Positions 54,785 to 64,000 of a DNA stretch of 64,000 bases are shown piece by piece. Made by a program: the position numbers and the translations under genes. This stretch comes from Terriglobia bacterium. Lineage in GTDB: Bacteria; Acidobacteriota; Terriglobia; 20CM-2-55-15. Each line of letters begins with the position of its first letter. Positions within the stretch are counted from its first letter, which is position 1. Below the pieces are notes generated by a model. The model saw only the letters and a list, made by a program, of their open reading frames with translations. It did not search any database and was not told the DNA's origin. The DNA lies in assembly GCA_965198225.1 (NCBI GenBank), contig CBDAOY010000007.1:96001-160000 (forward strand), written 5' to 3'.

Positions 54785-55717
54785 ATGGAAAAGCTATTCG
54801 GGAGCATCGGGGCGCAGCGCAGGATGGGCCGGCGGGAATTCATGGGGAGTAGCCTGGCCCTGGCTACGGCCGCCACCCTCGGACCGGTTTCGACTTTGAG
54901 CCGCTCGGCGCCGTCATCGATGGCCGCGGCGGAGGGCACGAAAGCCGCCTGGTTGAGCCACTACACCTACGTGGCGCCCGATCTCGCCGTGACCCGCGAC
55001 TGGTACCACGAAGTGTTCGGCATGCAGATTGGGCACCAGGATGCGACCGAAGCGCACCTGTGGTATGGCGACGAAGGCGGAGACACGCTGATGATCGTCC
55101 GCCAGGCGGGTGCCGGCGAGAAATCCCCGCGAATAGATCGCTTCGGCTTCAGCCTGGACGACTGGGACAGGAACGCGGTCGAGTCGGAGTTGACGCGTCG
55201 TGGCCTGCGCCCTCAGGCGGACACCGATCGCGGTTTCTGGTTCAACGATCCGGAGGGAAACAAGATCGGGGTCTTTGCCGGCGACTATGTGACGCGCCCC
55301 GATGCGCGCCCGGACCCACCTCACCTCTGGAAGGCGCTCAGCGCGAACCACATCGTCGTGACGTCGCGAGACTACCGCAAACTAGGCGACTGGTACGGGG
55401 ATCTGTTGGAGTTGAGGGAGACCAACGACGGCGGTAGGGACGTCTACCAGTGGTTCGGCGATTCGGTGTGGATTCCAACGGCTGTCAGGGAAGGCGCCCA
55501 GACATCGTTCGAGCTCGATTCGCTCGACCATGTCGCCTACACCATCGCGGACTACAATTCAGCGGATGTCGAAGCCGAGTTGAAACGCCGGAAAATGATC
55601 GAGCCCGACGACGACGTGACCGGCAGTCTCGGTATCAATTGTGTGGATATCAATGGGTTCAAGACCCAGGTTTGTGACATCAACCTCGTGTCCAACGCTG
55701 AGCAGGGGCGCGGGTAG
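54785..55717 (+). CDS. Tat-exported VOC (glyoxalase-like) protein with two domains
   Basis: GRREFM signal; LSHYTYVAPD..DWY, FNDPEGNKI; ANHIVV..DWY, LDHVAY, DINGFKTQ. Confidence 0.75.
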   Translation: MEKLFGSIGAQRRMGRREFMGSSLALATAATLGPVSTLSRSAPSSMAAAEGTKAAWLSHYTYVAPDLAVTRDWYHEVFGMQIGHQDATEAHLWYGDEGGDTLMIVRQAGAGEKSPRIDRFGFSLDDWDRNAVESELTRRGLRPQADTDRGFWFNDPEGNKIGVFAGDYVTRPDARPDPPHLWKALSANHIVVTSRDYRKLGDWYGDLLELRETNDGGRDVYQWFGDSVWIPTAVREGAQTSFELDSLDHVAYTIADYNSADVEAELKRRKMIEPDDDVTGSLGINCVDINGFKTQVCDINLVSNAEQGRG

Positions 55718-55733
55718 CAGACCCCAGGAGAAC

Positions 55734-56564
55734 ATGACGATGCAGACCTACGGAAAAAAGGCTAATCAAGGGAAGCACTGGAGAGGGGGCACCCTCTTTG
55801 TGGTCGCCCTCATGCTCATCGGTGCGCGTGCCGAGTTTTTCTCGGGAGAACCGGAGAGGGAGCGGGCCCTCGCCCAAAGCGGCGCGGAAACGACGACCGT
55901 CTGGGACGGCGTCTACACTGATGCCCAGAGCGCGGCCGGCGAGACGGTTTACGAGCAACACTGTGCGGTCTGCCACGGAGAGGCGGCTTCGGGCCAGCGC
56001 GGGCCTCAACTCATTGGTGAGGAATTCTTTGAGGACTGGAGGGAAGACAGCTTGGGCGCCCTGTACGGTTTCATCCGAACCAACATGCCCCGACGCAGGC
56101 CTCCGCTGGAGGACTCCGATTACCTCGCTGTCACGACTTATATCTTGAAGGAGAACGGTTTTCCATCGGGGAATGAAGGATTGACCGTCCGATCCATGGG
56201 AGCGGTTCGAATCGAAGGTAAGGATGGGCCGAAGCCGCTGCCGCCCGGCTCGCTGGTCCAGGTCACCGGCTGCCTGACCCCCGACGGGGGCGACTGGGAC
56301 CTCTCGATGGCGAGTCCACCTGCTCGCAACAGAAATACGGATCCGGAGAGCGCGGCGACCGAGGAGGAGCTGAAGGCGGCCCGGGACATGCCCGGCGGGG
56401 ATCTGACGTTCGATCTCGCAAACTTCTTCATGCTTGGTGACTTCGACCCCGCAGCGCACTCAGGCCACAAGATGCTCGCGCGAGGAGCGCTGATCCGGCG
56501 CCCGAGCGGCGATCGAATCAGCCTGACCGGCCTGGACATGCTCACCGTGGAGTGCGGGCCGTAA
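55734..56564 (+). CDS. Monoheme cytochrome c with C-terminal GCL-motif domain
   Basis: AGGAG RBS; VWDGVYT..Q...G..VY..CAVCHG; NMP axial Met; VQVTGCL...EC. Confidence 0.8.
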   Translation: MTMQTYGKKANQGKHWRGGTLFVVALMLIGARAEFFSGEPERERALAQSGAETTTVWDGVYTDAQSAAGETVYEQHCAVCHGEAASGQRGPQLIGEEFFEDWREDSLGALYGFIRTNMPRRRPPLEDSDYLAVTTYILKENGFPSGNEGLTVRSMGAVRIEGKDGPKPLPPGSLVQVTGCLTPDGGDWDLSMASPPARNRNTDPESAATEEELKAARDMPGGDLTFDLANFFMLGDFDPAAHSGHKMLARGALIRRPSGDRISLTGLDMLTVECGP

Positions 56565-56588
56565 CGCCGAGCTCACTTCTTTTATACA

Positions 56589-56627
56589 AAGGGCCTTCGA
56601 GCCGGATCAGTCGGTTCGGAGGCCCTT
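56589..56627. terminator. Hairpin between cytochrome and amidase
   Basis: AAGGGCCTTCGAGCCG...CGGTTCGGAGGCCCTT with G-U pairs. Confidence 0.5.
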
Positions 56628-56678
56628 ACATTTCATCCATCCTGCCGGGTTCGGCCAACCGGCGCATTCGAGGTGTCT

Positions 56679-58355
56679 ATGTCCATCGACCGCAGAACCT
56701 TCATCCGCTCCGGCATCGCCGCCGGAGGGCTAGCTTCCCTTTCCAGTTACGGCTGCGGCCGCGGAGAGCCCGGACCACCCGCGGGTGGGGAACCCGACAC
56801 GGCGTCTGTCGGGTCTTTTGAATTGGACGAGATCACGATATCGGAGCTTCGGGAGCGGATCAGCTCCGGCGCCCTCACGTGCCGCGCAGTCACGGAAATG
56901 TACCTGGACCGGATCGAGGCGCTCAACACGAACGGACCGCGTCTTTATGCCGTTCTGGAGACCAACCCGGACGCGCTCGAGATCGCCGAGCAACTGGACC
57001 AGGAACTCCAGGCTCAAGGTCCCCGAGGGCCGCTTCACGGCATTCCGATCCTCCTTAAAGACAACGTCGACACGGCCGACAGGATGACGACGACCGCCGG
57101 GTCGACCGCGCTTCGGGGTTCAATCCCGCCCCAGGATTCTTTCGTTGCTCAGAAGCTGCGCGAGGCGGGCGCCGTGCTTCTGGGCAAGGCGAACATGAGC
57201 GAATGGGCTGGTTGGAAGTCGTTCGAACGTGGGACATCCGGATGGAGCGGCCGCGGATGGAACGGTGGTCAGGGAGACTTCTGCAGGAATCCGTACGCTC
57301 TCGATCGTATTCCGGGCGGCTCCAGCTCCGGCTCCGGCTCCGGCGCGGCCGCCAACCTGGCTGCTGCCGCGATCGGTTCCGAGACTGACGGTTCTATCGT
57401 CGGGCCGTCCTCGAGGAACTGCCTGGTCGGAATCAAGCCGACGATCGGCTTGGTAAGCCGGGGCGGAGTCATCCCGATCTCGAGCAGCCAGGACAGCACC
57501 GGACCGATGACCCGAGCCGTCACCGATGCGGCCATCATCCTGGGAACCCTGACAGGCGTGGATCCGCGCGACCCGAAGACCACCCCCAGCGAGGGCAACT
57601 TCCCGACAGATTACACGGCATCGCTCGACCCTGCCGGATTGAACGGCGCCCGCATCGGTGTCGCGCGTGAGTACGCGGGTTTCGATGATCGTGTGGACAA
57701 GGTTTTCGACGACGCGCTCGACGTGATGCGTGCCCAGGGCGCGACCGTGGTCGATCCGATCCAACTGCCCCCCGAACTGCGGTTCGGCAACGACGACGAG
57801 ATGGAAGTCCTCTACCACGAGTTCAAGGCGGACCTGAACGCCTACCTCGCGTCGCTGGGGCCCGACGCTCCGATCAAATCGCTGGCGGAACTCATCGCAT
57901 ACAACGAGGCGAACGCCGAGCTCGAATTGTCCCTGTTCGGTCAGGAGTTGCTGACCGGTTCCGAAGAGCGGGGTCCGTTGACCGATGCGCCCTATGTCAG
58001 CGCGCTCCGCAACAGCCATCGTCTGTCCCGCAACGAGGGGATCGATCGGGTGATGGATGCCGAAAACCTGGACGCGATCGTGGGCCCGACGAGCGGACCG
58101 GCCGCCCTGCTGGACCCCCTCGGTGCCCGGCTCGGCTCCGGAGGCGGATGTTCGACTCCGTCGGCGATGGCGGGATATCCCAATATGACCCTCCCGATGG
58201 GATTCATCTACGGCTTACCGGTCGGTATTTCGCTGTTCGGACGGGCCTGGAGCGAGGCGACCCTGCTCCGCCTCGCCTACGCCTTCGAGCAGGCGACGAA
58301 CTTCCGTACCCCACCTCGATTCCTGCCCACGATGGACGTGAGGGCGGGAATATGA
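56679..58355 (+). CDS. Amidase-signature enzyme, predicted Tat lipoprotein
   Basis: IDRRTFI...SYGC; GPLHGIPILLKDN, GGSSSGSG, GSETDGSI. Confidence 0.9.
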   Translation: MSIDRRTFIRSGIAAGGLASLSSYGCGRGEPGPPAGGEPDTASVGSFELDEITISELRERISSGALTCRAVTEMYLDRIEALNTNGPRLYAVLETNPDALEIAEQLDQELQAQGPRGPLHGIPILLKDNVDTADRMTTTAGSTALRGSIPPQDSFVAQKLREAGAVLLGKANMSEWAGWKSFERGTSGWSGRGWNGGQGDFCRNPYALDRIPGGSSSGSGSGAAANLAAAAIGSETDGSIVGPSSRNCLVGIKPTIGLVSRGGVIPISSSQDSTGPMTRAVTDAAIILGTLTGVDPRDPKTTPSEGNFPTDYTASLDPAGLNGARIGVAREYAGFDDRVDKVFDDALDVMRAQGATVVDPIQLPPELRFGNDDEMEVLYHEFKADLNAYLASLGPDAPIKSLAELIAYNEANAELELSLFGQELLTGSEERGPLTDAPYVSALRNSHRLSRNEGIDRVMDAENLDAIVGPTSGPAALLDPLGARLGSGGGCSTPSAMAGYPNMTLPMGFIYGLPVGISLFGRAWSEATLLRLAYAFEQATNFRTPPRFLPTMDVRAGI

Positions 58356-58401
58356 ACCCTCGGCGGGTCTTATTGCAAATCGCGATATCTGAACAATCCA
58401 C

Positions 58402-58516
58402 ATTGCAGGTTGCTCATTGGAGATTGCTTCATTTCAGATTTCCGACCGATAAGAAATCGAGCAATCTCTAATCTCCAACTTCCAATGCGGATTCGTCCAA
58501 TTGACCAATCTGCAAT
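58402..58516. repeat. AT-rich nested imperfect inverted repeats built of ATTGxxx-like heptads
   Basis: 58416-58435 versus 58453-58472 (17/20 inverted match); 58402-58421 versus 58496-58516. Confidence 0.7.
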
Positions 58517-58583
58517 CCGCTGGTCCTGGGATGAGAAGTTCTCGGCGCTCATTCACACCGAATTCCCAGTTTTCTAAACAAAC

Positions 58584-58666
58584 AGATCGGGGACGGAGAC
58601 CGAATTCGTGAGACCCGCAACTCGCTGGTTTTAAAGGCGGGGTAATTCGGTCTCCGTCCCCGATCT
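58584..58666. repeat. 23-bp perfect inverted repeat pair (third REP-like family)
   Basis: AGATCGGGGACGGAGACCGAATT (58584-58606) and AATTCGGTCTCCGTCCCCGATCT (58644-58666). Confidence 0.9.
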
Positions 58667-58685
58667 CACCCCCTTCGGAAACGGT

Positions 58686-58754
58686 GTAGGTGCGGTCTAT
58701 GACCGCACAACTCGTGGTTCCGCGGGCATTTGTGCGCTCATAGAGCGCACCTAC
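58686..58754. repeat. GTAG-family REP doublet, copy 3
   Basis: Same two 23-mers as 11631-11697 with a different spacer. Confidence 0.9.
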
Positions 58755-58783
58755 ACTTGTGCCGGGCATAGGTGCTTCCACCC

Positions 58784-58829
58784 AAAAAAAGAGGCTGGCG
58801 ACCCGCTTTCGCGGGCCGCCAGCCTCTTT
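58784..58829 (-). terminator. Intrinsic terminator after TBDR-4
   Basis: AAAGAGGCTGGCGACCCGC-TTTC-GCGGGCCGCCAGCCTCTTT with a 7-U tract on the minus strand. Confidence 0.85.
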
Positions 58830-58862
58830 GGGGGCTACTACTCAGGAACTGCTACGAGTCGG

Positions 58863-61800
58863 CTAGAACTCGAACCGCAGTGCCAGCTGAATCTGCCGGT
58901 TGACGTGGACGTCCGGCCCACGGCGCCGAAGTTGGACGAATTCCAGGTCAAGTTCGGGAAGCCGAAGTTCGGGTGGTTCAGGGCATTGAAGAACTCCGCC
59001 CGGAACTGGATCCGGGAGTCTTCTGCGACGTCGAAGGCCTTGGCCAGCGTGAGGTCGAGCGTCTGGATGCCATCCGAGGTAGCCGTGCCGCGCGCGGAGT
59101 TCCCGAACGTGAAACGGTCCGGCATCGCGTACGCCGCTTTGTTGATCCACTGGATGGGATCGGGGTTGGCCCGCTTGGGGTTTCCGACCAGATGAGGCCG
59201 GTCTCCCCGTATCAGAACCCCGCTGTTGTCCCCGGCGAGCCGCGGTGTCAGGGGGAAGCCCGACTGCGCGGTCAATATCCCCGAGAACTCCCATCCCCCA
59301 AGGATGAAGTTCGCGGCGTCCGGAATGTCGGAACCGAAGCGCTGTCCTCGCCCGAACGGCAGCTCCGACACCCAGCTGAAGCGGTAGACGTGCCGGACGT
59401 CAAAGTCCGAGAGACCCCTTTCGGCGGCAAGGTTGTAGCTGTCCTGCGGGGTGCTGGACGAGCCTCGACCCTGGCCGCCGGTGTTGTCGATCGACTTGCC
59501 CCAGGTGTAGGAGGAGATAAAGGTCAGCCCGTCGGCGAACCGCTTCTCAACCCGGGCCTGCAGCGAGTGGAAGTTCGAGTTGCCGGTCCATTCCGATGTT
59601 CGGAGCCGCCCGAACGCGGGATAGGGACGCGGACCGACGACACCGTTGATCAACTGGGGCTGGTTGAGCCGCCGCTGACGTTTCAGCTTATTCGTCTTGG
59701 AACCGACGTAGCTCGTGTCGATCAGGAGCCCCGAGACCAGTTCGTGCTGGATCCCGAAGTTATACTGGATCGAATACGTGTCGCGGAAGTCTCGATTGAC
59801 ACCGTTGAGGCTGATAACGCTCGCCACCCGGGCGGCGCCGTCGGGGAAGGCCCCCTCCGGTGTGAACTCCAAGGGAAACAGCTTGTCGTCGAAGCTCAGG
59901 AACGTGAAGCGGGGGTAGTTCACGATGATGCTGAAGTTGTGCCGTTCATCGTTGTCGTAGAAGACGCCGGTTCCGCCCTTGATCACGGTTTGCGATCCAC
60001 CGAACGGCCTGTAGGCGAACCCCAGGCGCGGAGCGAAGTTGTTGTGGTCCCCGTTGACCAGCGAGCGTCCTTCACCACCCTCGCTGGCGATGCGGACCTT
60101 CCGGGTCTCCGGATCGAAGCTGGAGAAGCGATCGGCCTCCTCGGTCATCCGCTTGTAGAACTCGTAGCGCAGGCCCCAGTTGATCGTCAGATTCGGCGTG
60201 GCCTTCCAATCGTCCTGGATGTAGAGTGCCGTCTCGAACTTGCGGGGGTGACCCTGAACATCTCCGCGACTGACATTGGTCGAGTCCGGCAGACCGAGCA
60301 GGAAGTCGGCAAAGGCGAATCCCGTCTGACCCGTCCGGCTCACCGAACGGTACTGGAAGGCGGACGCGCCTCCAACCCCGGCATTGAACAGGTACCGACG
60401 GACATCCACACCGTACTTGAAGGTGTGATTGCCTTTGATCTGGGTCACGTTGCCCAGGTAGTTGTAGGTGTTCACGGCGCGATCGAAACCGCCGCCGCGG
60501 CCGATCTCGTGCAGCCCCTGTATCTGTATGGGGTTGAAGGAGACGCGTCGAGTCTCGAACGCACGGAGCTCGTCTGGACCCAGTTCAAGCGGTTTGAACG
60601 GCTGGTTCAGACGGCTGTAACCGGCCCGCAACTCGACGATCGTGTTCTGGGAGGCCGTCCAGGTCAGGTTGAGACCGATGTTAGTCCGGTACTGGTTCGA
60701 AGAGGTGGGATACCCGTCGATACGGCGGCTCGGGTTCGAGCTGATCTGGTCGCCGTAGGGGTCGAAGATCGGGTTCGCCGTGTAGCTGCCCCGGCCGCTG
60801 GCGCGCCAGTTATCGTTGAACTGGTGGTCGATCTTGACCGAGATGTCGTTGATGTCGTCTTCGGTGACGGGATTGCCGACGTAGTTGTTGACCGACGAGT
60901 TCGGTTCGCTGAGGCGCAGGTTGGGCACTGGAAAGCTCGGTTTGCCGTCAGCCTTGGTGTAGTTGAGGATCGCCCGCGAGTTCGAGTTGAAGCGATCCTG
61001 CGGGATGATGTTGCCCGGGAACGGCTGCCCGGTCACCGGATCCATGATCTGCTGCGACAGGGCCGAAAAGTCTCCCTGCCTCCACGCCAGCGGTGGCACG
61101 CTGCCCACGCGGGTCTGGGCCTCTCGGGACCGGAGCCCTTCGTACAGGACGAAGAAGAAGGTCTTGTCCTGCTTGATCGGACCGCCGACTGCCGCGCCGA
61201 ACTGGTTCTTGACCTGACGCGGGATGTCCTTGTCCGCCGGGTCGAAGTAATTCTTGGCATTGAGCGCCGATCCCCGGTAGAACTCCCAGACTGCGCCGTG
61301 TACCGCGTTTGTACCGGACTTCGTCGTGACGTTGACGACGGCGCCCGAGTTGCGACCGAACTCCGCCGCGTACGCCGAGGTCTGCACCTTGAACTCCTGG
61401 ATCAGGTCGATAGACGGCCGGTAGGCGTAGATGCGAACGACCGGATCGATGTTGTCCACCCCGTCCAGGATGAAGCTGCTCGTGACCTCACGCTGTCCGA
61501 CGACGTTGAACAGGCCGCGGTTGGCGTTGAGCGATCCCTCCACAGACATCGTGGCGCCCGGAACGAGGTTGACCAGCTGCTCGAACCGTCGACCGTTGAG
61601 GGGGAGCTCGGTGACTTTCCGTTGGTCGACGACGAAGCCGACCGAGCTGTCCTCGGTCTGGACCAGGGGCGCCTCACTCGTGACCTCGATCGTTTCCGTG
61701 AGCTGCCCCACCTGCAGGGCGAAGTCGATCCGCGCTCGGGCATCCACGTTCAGTGTGATCCCGGTCCGGACTTCCGACCGGAACCCCGGCAACTCGGTCG

Positions 61801-62056
61801 CCACCGCGTAAGTGCCGACCGGAAGGAGCGGAATCGTGTAGTTGCCGCTTTCATTGGTGAAGATCTCCCGGCGCAGACCGGTGCCTTCGTTCGTGGCGAC
61901 GACCGTCACGCCGGGCAGGACTGCGCCCGTCGCGTCGGTGATCGTGCCGACGATCGATGCGGTCACTCCTTGCGAATGCGCGGCGGTTGCCAGCAGGGCA
62001 ATGGCCAGTATCGCGGCCGCCGCCCATCGCAGTGTTTCGCATTCCTTGACGTTCAT
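58863..62056 (-). CDS. TonB-dependent transporter (TBDR-4) with 1-nt frameshift at ~58902
   Basis: Full TBDR motifs; the expected last strand NRQIQLALRFEF* (stop 58863) is in a different frame from the main ORF, which ends aberrantly at 58838. Confidence 0.88.
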
Positions 62057-62134
62057 TTAGTTTTCCTCCGAATGTAGGTCTTGTAAGTGTTATCGGTTTG
62101 CTCTGAGCGGCCTTCGTCAAACCAGGCCGTCGGC

Positions 62135-64000
62135 TCAGGGCGTTCCGTGCACGAGTGAGTTCCACAGGTCGATGGTTGGGTTCCGTTGGAACTCGATCCC
62201 TTCCCGTTGTTCCTCCATTAGTTGCTTGATGTCGTGATCCACTCCGAGGATGAACTTGTCGAACAACTGGCTCATCGCGGTGAGCGATCTTTCCACGCTG
62301 TCGGGCCTCCAGTGATACCAGCCGTGAGGTTCTTTCTCGTAGATGACCCAGTCGAACCAGTTGCCGTGGATCAGCGCCTGTACGCCGTACTGTTCGATCT
62401 GCTGGAACCGAGCGGCGCCGTCTCCCTGCGCGTAGAGGAACAGCAGCGGAACCTTGACGCGGTCGGCGTGGTAGATGATCGAGCGGCTGTAGTAGTTCTC
62501 GGGGTTCTCCATCGGATCCATTCCGATCAGAAAACGGTTCCAGCCCTGCATGCCTCCGTAGGTCGACAGCGTCACGAGATCCGTCGAGCCGTACCAGACG
62601 ACGCCGGCCTTGAACCGCTGCGGATCCTTGGTTACCGCAGTCGTGGTGAAAAAGCCCCCGGTCGAACCGCCGAACGCGCCCACGCGGTCCGGGTCCACCC
62701 AGCCGTCGGCGGCGAGCAGGTCCATCCCCACGAAGGCGTCCCGTAGGTCATGGTCTCCCCCGTGGGTGTGGACTGACTGACGGTACTCCTTGCCGCGTCC
62801 GGTGCTCCCGCGGAAATTCGGGGCGAAGACGAGATAACCGCGGCTGGCGAAATACTGAACATAGGGATGCCATTGTGTCGGGTGCTGACCGTTGGAATTG
62901 GCCCGGAAGAAGAACAGGGCGGGCAACCGATCGCCCGCCTGACTGCCCCTGGGCTTGTAGACGAGTCCGGCGACCTCGCGTCCGTCGAAGCTCTTGTACT
63001 CGAAGAACTCCGGCCACACGAACAGGTCCGGGTCTCTCAACGCGGCGGCCTGATGGTTCGTGATCTGTCGTTCGCCACCGCCGGAGGACGACATGATCCA
63101 GACGTCGCCGGTCATCGTCGGGTCGGAGTGGTAGTAGACGATCTGTTCTCCCGAGGGATGCCACATATGATCGCCGCGAGTCTGGCCGGTTGCCGAGGAG
63201 CCGCCACTGACGCCGCCTTTTTCGGTCAGCTGGACAGCCTCGCCTCCCTCGGCGGAAATCTTGAAGATGTGGTACTCGTAGTCGAGATTCTTCGTGAAGG
63301 TCAGCGATTGCCCGTCGGGAGACCAGCGGGGCTCGCTTTGCTCCACGTCCTCGGTCAGGAGCATACGTGAACGCCCCGTTTCGACGTCGATGACACCCAG
63401 GTTGTTCCAGCCGTTCCGGTCGGAGATGAAAGCGATCTTCGAACTGTCCGGAGACCAGACCGCCGCCCGGTCCATCGCATCGAACGTGCCGGGGGTCAGG
63501 AGCCGCGCGTCACCGCCGCTCGACGACATCACGTAGATGTCCTGGTTGCTCTGGTCGTCGTCGCGCGGCTTTTCGTTCCGCGTGAGGACGATCGAGTTGC
63601 CGTCGGGAGACACGTGCGGAGAGCCGCCACCCGAACCCACCCGGGTGATCTCTTTCGTTTCGACATCGATGACAGCCACCGACGAGTCGAAGTACATACC
63701 GCTGCTGAAATAGATCTTCCTGCTGTCGGGGGACCATGATGCGCTGGTGTCGTTCAGCGGATGTTCGGTCAGGCGCACCGGCTCGCCGCCGTCGGCAGCG
63801 ATCAGGTACAGGTCTCTCACGTTCACGCCACCGAAGTCGGCCTCGAAGACGATCCACTGGCTGTCCGGACTGAACTTGGGAGCCATCTCACGGCCCGGCA
63901 TCGTCGTCAGCCGGCGAGGCTCGCCGCCGGCTGTCGGGACGGTCCAGATATCGTACGTCCCGGATTTCGCCGACTTGTAGGCGATCAGGTTTCCGTCCGG
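62135..64000 (-). CDS. S9 peptidase with PD40 propeller (5' end outside window)
   Basis: Frame open to the window edge (PDGNLIAYKSAKSGTYDIW...); GGSTGG; EPHGWYHWRP. Confidence 0.9.
   Translation of the reverse strand, partial: PDGNLIAYKSAKSGTYDIWTVPTAGGEPRRLTTMPGREMAPKFSPDSQWIVFEADFGGVNVRDLYLIAADGGEPVRLTEHPLNDTSASWSPDSRKIYFSSGMYFDSSVAVIDVETKEITRVGSGGGSPHVSPDGNSIVLTRNEKPRDDDQSNQDIYVMSSSGGDARLLTPGTFDAMDRAAVWSPDSSKIAFISDRNGWNNLGVIDVETGRSRMLLTEDVEQSEPRWSPDGQSLTFTKNLDYEYHIFKISAEGGEAVQLTEKGGVSGGSSATGQTRGDHMWHPSGEQIVYYHSDPTMTGDVWIMSSSGGGERQITNHQAAALRDPDLFVWPEFFEYKSFDGREVAGLVYKPRGSQAGDRLPALFFFRANSNGQHPTQWHPYVQYFASRGYLVFAPNFRGSTGRGKEYRQSVHTHGGDHDLRDAFVGMDLLAADGWVDPDRVGAFGGSTGGFFTTTAVTKDPQRFKAGVVWYGSTDLVTLSTYGGMQGWNRFLIGMDPMENPENYYSRSIIYHADRVKVPLLFLYAQGDGAARFQQIEQYGVQALIHGNWFDWVIYEKEPHGWYHWRPDSVERSLTAMSQLFDKFILGVDHDIKQLMEEQREGIEFQRNPTIDLWNSLVHGTP

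Noticed and set aside
47349-58355. Plus-strand block as a genomic island
   Set aside because: No integrase, tRNA or flanking direct repeats; coding composition looks like the surroundings.
58148-58781. Short ORFs with CAVIDRTY-like peptides (also at 9248..9697, 9737..9952, 11310..11693 extension)
   Set aside because: Translations of REP and inverted-repeat DNA, not proteins.
58973-62077. 1034-aa plus-strand ORF (and similar ones such as 794..1987, 3909..5231, 34202..35485, 44211..45734, 49168..50820)
   Set aside because: Antisense shadows of genuine genes caused by GC-rich codon bias; no recognisable motifs.

Overview
GC-rich bacterial DNA whose gene content (four large Oar/CarboxypepD_reg-type TonB-dependent transporters without SusD partners, CRTAC1/ASPIC-UnbV proteins, a DUF1592-DUF1552-ankyrin cluster, multiheme-TPR proteins) suggests Acidobacteriota; this is an inference. 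Almost all genes from 1-47 kb and 58.9-64 kb are on the minus strand; 47.3-58.4 kb is a plus-strand block. I saw no rRNA, tRNA, CRISPR array, transposase or integrase. The dominant theme is outer-membrane transporters co-located with exported C-N bond hydrolases. These comprise five DUF1028 Ntn-hydrolase domains (four of a divergent Ser-type fused to peptidoglycan-binding-like domains, two of them in one possibly self-cleaving polyprotein), three PD40/S9 peptidases with the HGGP motif replaced by RAN(T/S), two amidase-signature enzymes (one paired with a Tat-signal GatC/AtzG-like small protein) and a CehA/McbA-like metallohydrolase; a formamidase without a signal peptide is also present. This reads as an undescribed peptide/amide (possibly peptidoglycan-fragment) utilisation system. 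Intergenic DNA holds at least three families of REP-like inverted repeats. Three lesions (a deletion junction at ~3923 and 1-nt frameshifts at ~31050 and ~58902) may be real or sequencing/assembly artefacts. Domain names come from motif recognition, not database searches.
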